DNA of 64,000 nucleotides from an uncultured Bacilli bacterium (GTDB lineage Bacteria; Bacillota_I; Bacilli_A; RF39; UBA660): NCBI GenBank assembly GCA_944329355.1, contig CALVID010000001.1, positions 28,171 to 92,170 of the forward strand, read 5' to 3'. Shown piece by piece: positions 59,291 to 64,000 of this stretch (position 1 is its first letter; each line of letters starts with the position of its first letter). The notes under the pieces were generated by a model. It saw only the letters and a program-made list of their open reading frames with translations, ran no database searches and was not told where the DNA came from. The position numbers and the translations under genes were made by a program.

Positions 59291-60382
59291 ATGGTTTATA
59301 CAAAAGTAGTAAATGATGATGTAATTGATATTATTGATAGTGTTGGAAAAGAAAATATGCAAGAAAAATTGAAAGATAAAACAGTTTTAATTACTGGTGC
59401 TTCTGGAATGATTGGTTCATATTTTGTGTATACTTTGTTAAAATTAAATGAACTGTTTAATACAAATATAAAAGTTTTGGCTATGGTGAGAGATAAATCT
59501 AAATTAGAAAGTTTTGTTTTAGAAGATCCCAATGTGGATGTTATTGTTGGTGATGTTACGGCTCCTATTTTATTAGATTATTCTAATATTGATTATGTTG
59601 TTCATGCGGCTTCACCAGCAAGTCCTAAAATAATGCGAGAATACCCAGTTGAAACTAATTTTGCTAATACAATTGGTACTGCCAATACTTTGAAATTAGC
59701 TTTAGAGAAACACGCTGAGGGTTATTTATTTGTTTCATCTAGAGAAATATATGGCGAACCTATTTTAGGACAAGAAATTTTTGAGGAAAATGGTGAGCTT
59801 GGTCAAGTTGACCCATTGGTACCACGAAATGGATATGCTGAAGGTAAAAAAGCAGCTGAAAATATGTGTGTTTCTTTTAAGGAAGAGTATAACTTAAATA
59901 CTAAGATTGTTAGACTTGCTCATACATATGGCCCTGGGATGTCAATTTATGACGGAAGAGTGCAGGCAGATTTTCTGAAGAATGTTTTATTTGATGAAGA
60001 TATCGTATTAAAAAGTGATGGTTCATCTATTAGAACTTATACTTATATTGCTGATGCTATTGTAGCTATGTTTTTAGTACTTTTAAATTCTAATGATTTA
60101 GTTTATAATATTGCTGATGAAAATTCTAAAACGTCGATCAAAGAATTAGCTGAGACATTGGTGTCTATTTATCCTGAAAAAGGATTAAAATTGATTTTTG
60201 ATATTCCAAGTGAAAGTGATAAAGGAGCTGCTTCATTTAAAATGGGAATACTATCGACAGAAAAAATCAGAAATGAGCTTAATTGGAATCCTAAATATAG
60301 TATAGAAGAAGGTTTTAAAAGAACTCTTATACATTTACATGAACAATTAGAAAAAGAACATCAAAAAATATTGAGAAAGTAA
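59291..60382 (+). CDS. NAD-dependent epimerase/dehydratase-family (extended SDR) protein; candidate ribulose-5-P reductase partner of TarI (Bcs1-type)
   Basis: ITGASGMIGSY Rossmann motif, YxxxK (YAEGK). It is coupled to tarI; the Bcs1 analogy is inference. Confidence 0.5.
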   Translation: MVYTKVVNDDVIDIIDSVGKENMQEKLKDKTVLITGASGMIGSYFVYTLLKLNELFNTNIKVLAMVRDKSKLESFVLEDPNVDVIVGDVTAPILLDYSNIDYVVHAASPASPKIMREYPVETNFANTIGTANTLKLALEKHAEGYLFVSSREIYGEPILGQEIFEENGELGQVDPLVPRNGYAEGKKAAENMCVSFKEEYNLNTKIVRLAHTYGPGMSIYDGRVQADFLKNVLFDEDIVLKSDGSSIRTYTYIADAIVAMFLVLLNSNDLVYNIADENSKTSIKELAETLVSIYPEKGLKLIFDIPSESDKGAASFKMGILSTEKIRNELNWNPKYSIEEGFKRTLIHLHEQLEKEHQKILRK

Positions 60383-60394
60383 TGGTGAATTAAA

Positions 60395-61813
60395 ATGTAT
60401 AGCAAGAAGGAATTAGAAAGAAGAATTTTTACAGAAAACAAGCAAAGGTATATAGATTTATGTAGTCAAAATTATATGTTAAAAGGGGATCCTTTAGTTT
60501 CTAAAGTTAAAAATGGTATTATTTTACCTTTAAAAAAGATTAGTGATGATACAGCTAATGGTATGTATGCAGGTGGGGTATGTGATGAAGAGTTTAATTT
60601 TATTGCTGGTTTGAAGCGTAAAGAAAAAGAAGTTATTAATATGTCTTGTGAAAGTGCTTATGTATTAGATGAAGAAGATGAATTGGTTAAAAGAAATGAA
60701 ACGGTGGTTTTCGGTGGAGTATTAATAGATTTCTTTGGACATTTTTTCTTGGAATCTTTATCTAGACTATGGTGGATTGTTGAAAATAAATGTGATTATA
60801 AAATTGCTTGTGTTGTACTTGGTAAGTATAAAAATTTTTTTGATAGTTTTTTCAAATTATTAGAGATTGATGATAGAATTGTAATAATTGATAAACCAAC
60901 TTTATATCAGGAGATAATAATTCCTGATGAGACAATATATTTTAATTCTGGATATAAAAATCATTATGAATCTATTTACAGTAAGATAATGAGTAATATT
61001 AAAGCTAAGAGAGTAAGAAAAATATATTTAACTAGAACGAAACTGGCTGATAAAGATTGTTTAAATGAGGAATATTTTGAAAGATTTTATAAGAAAAGGG
61101 GATATAAAATTATTGCTCCTGAACAATATTCGATAGAGGAGCAATTGGGATTTATGAAAGGAGCAGATGAGGTTGTATGTACAATTGGTACACTTTCACA
61201 TTTGCTATTGTTTGCGAGACCAAATACTAAGTTGGTTTTGTTAAATCGTACTGTTATGAATCCAATGATCCCACAATTAATTATTAATCAGGTAAAAAAT
61301 TTAGATTTTTATGAAATTGATGTTTCATTTAATTTTTTGCCAGTGAAACATGGTGAAAGAGCTTTTTTATTAGGTCCGACAAAATATTGGAGAGCCTATT
61401 TAGATAGTGTAGGGGAAGAGTATAGTGAAGATGAAATGGTTATGGATATGAATAAGTTTGCTTATGATTATTTATTAAGATGGTGTAAAGTTTTTTCTTC
61501 TCCTAAAAAATGGAGATTAGGATTGACAAAATATGATAATTTTGATATTTTAAATGCTTTATCAAAAGCTTTATATGATAAACCACTAAGTAGAAAAGAT
61601 TATAAAGATGGTTATAAGGAAAGAGAAAAGAACTATAAAAAAGAAATAGAAAAATTGAAAGCGAATGAAAAATTTAAAAAGGAAAATGTTAGGTTAAAAA
61701 AAGAAAATGAAAGATTGAAAAAAGAAATTTATAAAGTTAGACATTCTAAATCGTGGAAGATAACAGCTCCTTTGAGGAAAATAACAAATATGATAATTAA
61801 AATTGGTAAATGA
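60395..61813 (+). CDS. putative glycosyltransferase (DUF563/GT61-like) with C-terminal coiled coil
   Basis: FFGHFFLESLSRLWW block; C-terminal EKLKANEKFKKENVRLKKENERLKKE heptads. Confidence 0.4.
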   Translation: MYSKKELERRIFTENKQRYIDLCSQNYMLKGDPLVSKVKNGIILPLKKISDDTANGMYAGGVCDEEFNFIAGLKRKEKEVINMSCESAYVLDEEDELVKRNETVVFGGVLIDFFGHFFLESLSRLWWIVENKCDYKIACVVLGKYKNFFDSFFKLLEIDDRIVIIDKPTLYQEIIIPDETIYFNSGYKNHYESIYSKIMSNIKAKRVRKIYLTRTKLADKDCLNEEYFERFYKKRGYKIIAPEQYSIEEQLGFMKGADEVVCTIGTLSHLLLFARPNTKLVLLNRTVMNPMIPQLIINQVKNLDFYEIDVSFNFLPVKHGERAFLLGPTKYWRAYLDSVGEEYSEDEMVMDMNKFAYDYLLRWCKVFSSPKKWRLGLTKYDNFDILNALSKALYDKPLSRKDYKDGYKEREKNYKKEIEKLKANEKFKKENVRLKKENERLKKEIYKVRHSKSWKITAPLRKITNMIIKIGK

Positions 61814-61820
61814 TGGTGGT

Positions 61821-62615
61821 ATGATGAAAGATATAAAATTGTTTATAAAAAATATAAAAAAATATTTTAGATATGCAGTTAGATCGGCTAAAGCGGAGTT
61901 AAAAAGTGAGGTTTCTGATTCTTATTTAAATTGGCTTTGGTGGGTTATTGAACCTCTTTGTTTTATGCTTATTTATGTGTTTGTTTTTGGTACTGTGTTT
62001 AAAGCTAGTGAACAATATTTTGCTACTTTTGTATTTTTAGGGTTAACAGCATGGGAGTTTTTTAATCGAATGTTAAATGGTAGCGTGAAGTTAATTATTA
62101 GTAATCGTGATTTAGTTACTAAGGTTTATATTCCCAAATATATATTGTTATTATCTAAGTCTTTTACTTATCTATTTAAACTATTTATATCTTTTGGAAT
62201 TGTTTTTATTCTTATGGTGTTTACTAAGGTACCAATTACTTTGAATATACTGTATATGTTTCCAATACTGATTGTTTTATATATTGTATCTTTTGGGATT
62301 GGTATGTTATTGATGCATTTTGGTGTGTTTTTGGATGATTTAGCTAATTTAGTTCATATATTTTTGAGAATGTTACTTTATTTATCTGGGGTTTTTTACG
62401 ATATAACAACTAGATTGGGTGGCGATTTAGCATATTATTTGGTTAGGTTGAACCCAATTGCGTTTATAATGAATCAGTTAAGAAAAACGGTTATTTATGC
62501 TGGTAATCCTAGTTTTGAAGGGTTGGCTTTTTGGCTAGTAATGGGATTGATAATATTATTTTTGGGAATCCATGTTATTCATAAAAATGAAAATAGTTAT
62601 GCGAAGGTGATTTAA
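61821..62615 (+). CDS. tagG: ABC-2 type polysaccharide/teichoic acid export permease (TagG-like)
   Basis: 6-TM ABC-2 permease; ATG ATG at 61821. Confidence 0.75.
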   Translation: MMKDIKLFIKNIKKYFRYAVRSAKAELKSEVSDSYLNWLWWVIEPLCFMLIYVFVFGTVFKASEQYFATFVFLGLTAWEFFNRMLNGSVKLIISNRDLVTKVYIPKYILLLSKSFTYLFKLFISFGIVFILMVFTKVPITLNILYMFPILIVLYIVSFGIGMLLMHFGVFLDDLANLVHIFLRMLLYLSGVFYDITTRLGGDLAYYLVRLNPIAFIMNQLRKTVIYAGNPSFEGLAFWLVMGLIILFLGIHVIHKNENSYAKVI

Positions 62616-63355
62616 TGAAGAAAGAAAATGCAATTTCAGTAAAAAATTTACATATTACTTATAGAGGCTTAAAGAAAACATCTATTAGAGCTTCTTGGAA
62701 ACATCTTTTTAATAAGGTAGAAAAGTTTGAGGCTTTAAAAGGTGTGAGTTTTGAGGTTGAGGAAGGACAAATTTTAGGAATAATTGGAAAAAATGGTAGT
62801 GGTAAATCAACTTTATTAAAAGCAATTGCAGGTATTTTTTCTTCGGATAAGGGTTATGTGGATTTGCACGGACATACTATTTCTTTACTTTCTATAGGTG
62901 TTGGTTTTAATAAGAAATTGACAGGTAAAGAAAATATTTATTTATCTGGAATGTTGCTTGGTTTTAGTGAGGATGAAATTCATCAAAAAGAAAAAGAAAT
63001 TATTGATTTTGCAGATATTGGTGATTTTATTAATAAACCAGTGAAAACTTATTCTTCAGGTATGCATTCTAAATTAGCTTTTGCGATTACTGCTATTTTG
63101 GAAACGGATATTATGTTGATTGATGAGGTATTATCAGTTGGTGATGCAAAATTTAAAAAGAAAAGTTATAATAAGATGAAAGAGTTAATAAACGACGATA
63201 AACGAACGGTTATAATTGTATCACATAGTTTAGGAACAATTAAGGAGCTTTGTGATCGGGTTTTATGGTTACATGATGGTTTAGTTAAAGATGTGGGAAA
63301 ACCGCAAGAGATAATTCCAGAATATGAAAAGTTTATGTTAGAAAATAAGAATTAA
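62615..63355 (+). CDS. tagH: teichoic acid/polysaccharide export ABC ATP-binding protein (TagH/KpsT-like)
   Basis: Walker A GKNGSGKST, signature YSSGMHSKL, Walker B IMLIDEV. Confidence 0.8.
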   Translation: MKKENAISVKNLHITYRGLKKTSIRASWKHLFNKVEKFEALKGVSFEVEEGQILGIIGKNGSGKSTLLKAIAGIFSSDKGYVDLHGHTISLLSIGVGFNKKLTGKENIYLSGMLLGFSEDEIHQKEKEIIDFADIGDFINKPVKTYSSGMHSKLAFAITAILETDIMLIDEVLSVGDAKFKKKSYNKMKELINDDKRTVIIVSHSLGTIKELCDRVLWLHDGLVKDVGKPQEIIPEYEKFMLENKN

Positions 63356-63416
63356 AGAGTTATAAAATAACCCTCATTTCTATATTTAAGAAATGGGGGT
63401 TATGTTTATTTAAATT

Positions 63417-64000
63417 TTATTTTTTTACAGTTTTTTGTCTTTTTTTATAGAAAATAATAACAGCTATGATAAATATAATTCCTAGAAGAACAACAATTAT
63501 GTGTGAATAATTATCCATTATTTTTAAGATATCGGTCCAGTTTTCACCAACAATACTACCAGCGATTGTTAAAGCGGTATTCCATATTAATGATCCGGCA
63601 GTAGTATAGAGTAGAAATTTTTTCATTGGCATTTCGCTCATTCCTGCAGGGATTGAAATTAGACTTCTAATTAATGGAATAAATCGGCAAAAGAATACGG
63701 TTTTATTTCCTTTTGTATCAAACCAATGATCTGCTTTGTCAATGTCTTCAGGAGTTAATCTTAATAATTTACCTGGTTTACTGGTAATTATTTTTTTTAA
63801 TCTTTCTTTATTTAATATTTTACCAATGTAATATAAAGCGATTGCACCTAGTAATGAACCAAGGGTAGAAGCAATGATTACGCCTATTAAATTCATATCT
63901 GTAAATGTTGTCATAAATCCACCAAATAATAATATTACTTCTGATGGTATTGGTGGAAAGACATTTTCAATAGCTATTAATAAAAATACTCCAATATAAC
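63417..64000 (-). CDS. DedA/SNARE-associated family membrane protein (5' end runs past the window end)
   Basis: ..PPIPSEVILLFGG.. N-terminal motif lies beyond 63914 on the minus strand; FIPLIRSLISIPAGM core. Confidence 0.65.
   Translation of the reverse strand, partial: YIGVFLLIAIENVFPPIPSEVILLFGGFMTTFTDMNLIGVIIASTLGSLLGAIALYYIGKILNKERLKKIITSKPGKLLRLTPEDIDKADHWFDTKGNKTVFFCRFIPLIRSLISIPAGMSEMPMKKFLLYTTAGSLIWNTALTIAGSIVGENWTDILKIMDNYSHIIVVLLGIIFIIAVIIFYKKRQKTVKK

Noticed and set aside
1-64000. Looked for CRISPR arrays, IS/transposase genes, integrases, rRNA genes and prophage structural genes
   Set aside because: No direct-repeat/spacer array, no transposase or recombinase motifs, and no rRNA-like conserved segments were seen. 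The only regular repeat array is the in-frame 63-bp coding repeat at 31553-32215.

Overview
Low-GC (~29%) Firmicutes chromosomal segment with almost all genes on the + strand, probably the leading strand near oriC. The core backbone runs: yvcK 3' end, whiA, a DHH phosphoesterase, rplI, dnaB, an M23 peptidase, an MBL hydrolase, rlmH, spoIIR-like, mntP-like, murA, rpmE, gpsA (minus strand), ubiB, then the complete S10-spc-alpha ribosomal cluster (rpsJ through rplQ, including secY, adk, map, infA, rpmJ, rpsM, rpsK, rpoA), then two EcfA-like ATPases, truA, rplM and rpsI. Downstream are an RNA-modification and envelope block (SAM methyltransferase, RluA, LmbE-like deacetylase, YfhO), a sortase with its substrate, cwlD-like, Abi_2, htrA, cwlJ-like, tRNA-Trp, a frameshifted fic, a short relA/spoT, a T-box-controlled thrS, and a teichoic-acid-type glycopolymer cluster (TagF/TagB-like, a GT2-TagF fusion, tarI, an SDR, a GT61-like protein, tagG/tagH) with a divergent XRE regulator. 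No CRISPR array, IS element, integrase or rRNA gene was seen. The most unusual region is a ~6.3 kb block inserted between rplQ and the EcfA-like genes (28.3-34.6 kb). It encodes a 394-aa protein with a HigB/Gp49-like segment, an internally duplicated 168-aa protein, and a 730-aa cytoplasmic protein carrying 10.5 near-identical 63-bp (21-aa leucine-rich-repeat-like) tandem repeats. The two EcfA-like ATPases are degenerate and no EcfT gene follows them. An Abi_2 abortive-infection gene and a Fic pseudogene flank tRNA-Trp. The lineage guess is a sporulating, Mollicute-related or clostridial low-GC bacterium (short ThrRS, stand-alone DHH, spoIIR, cwlD and cwlJ present), but this is inference only.
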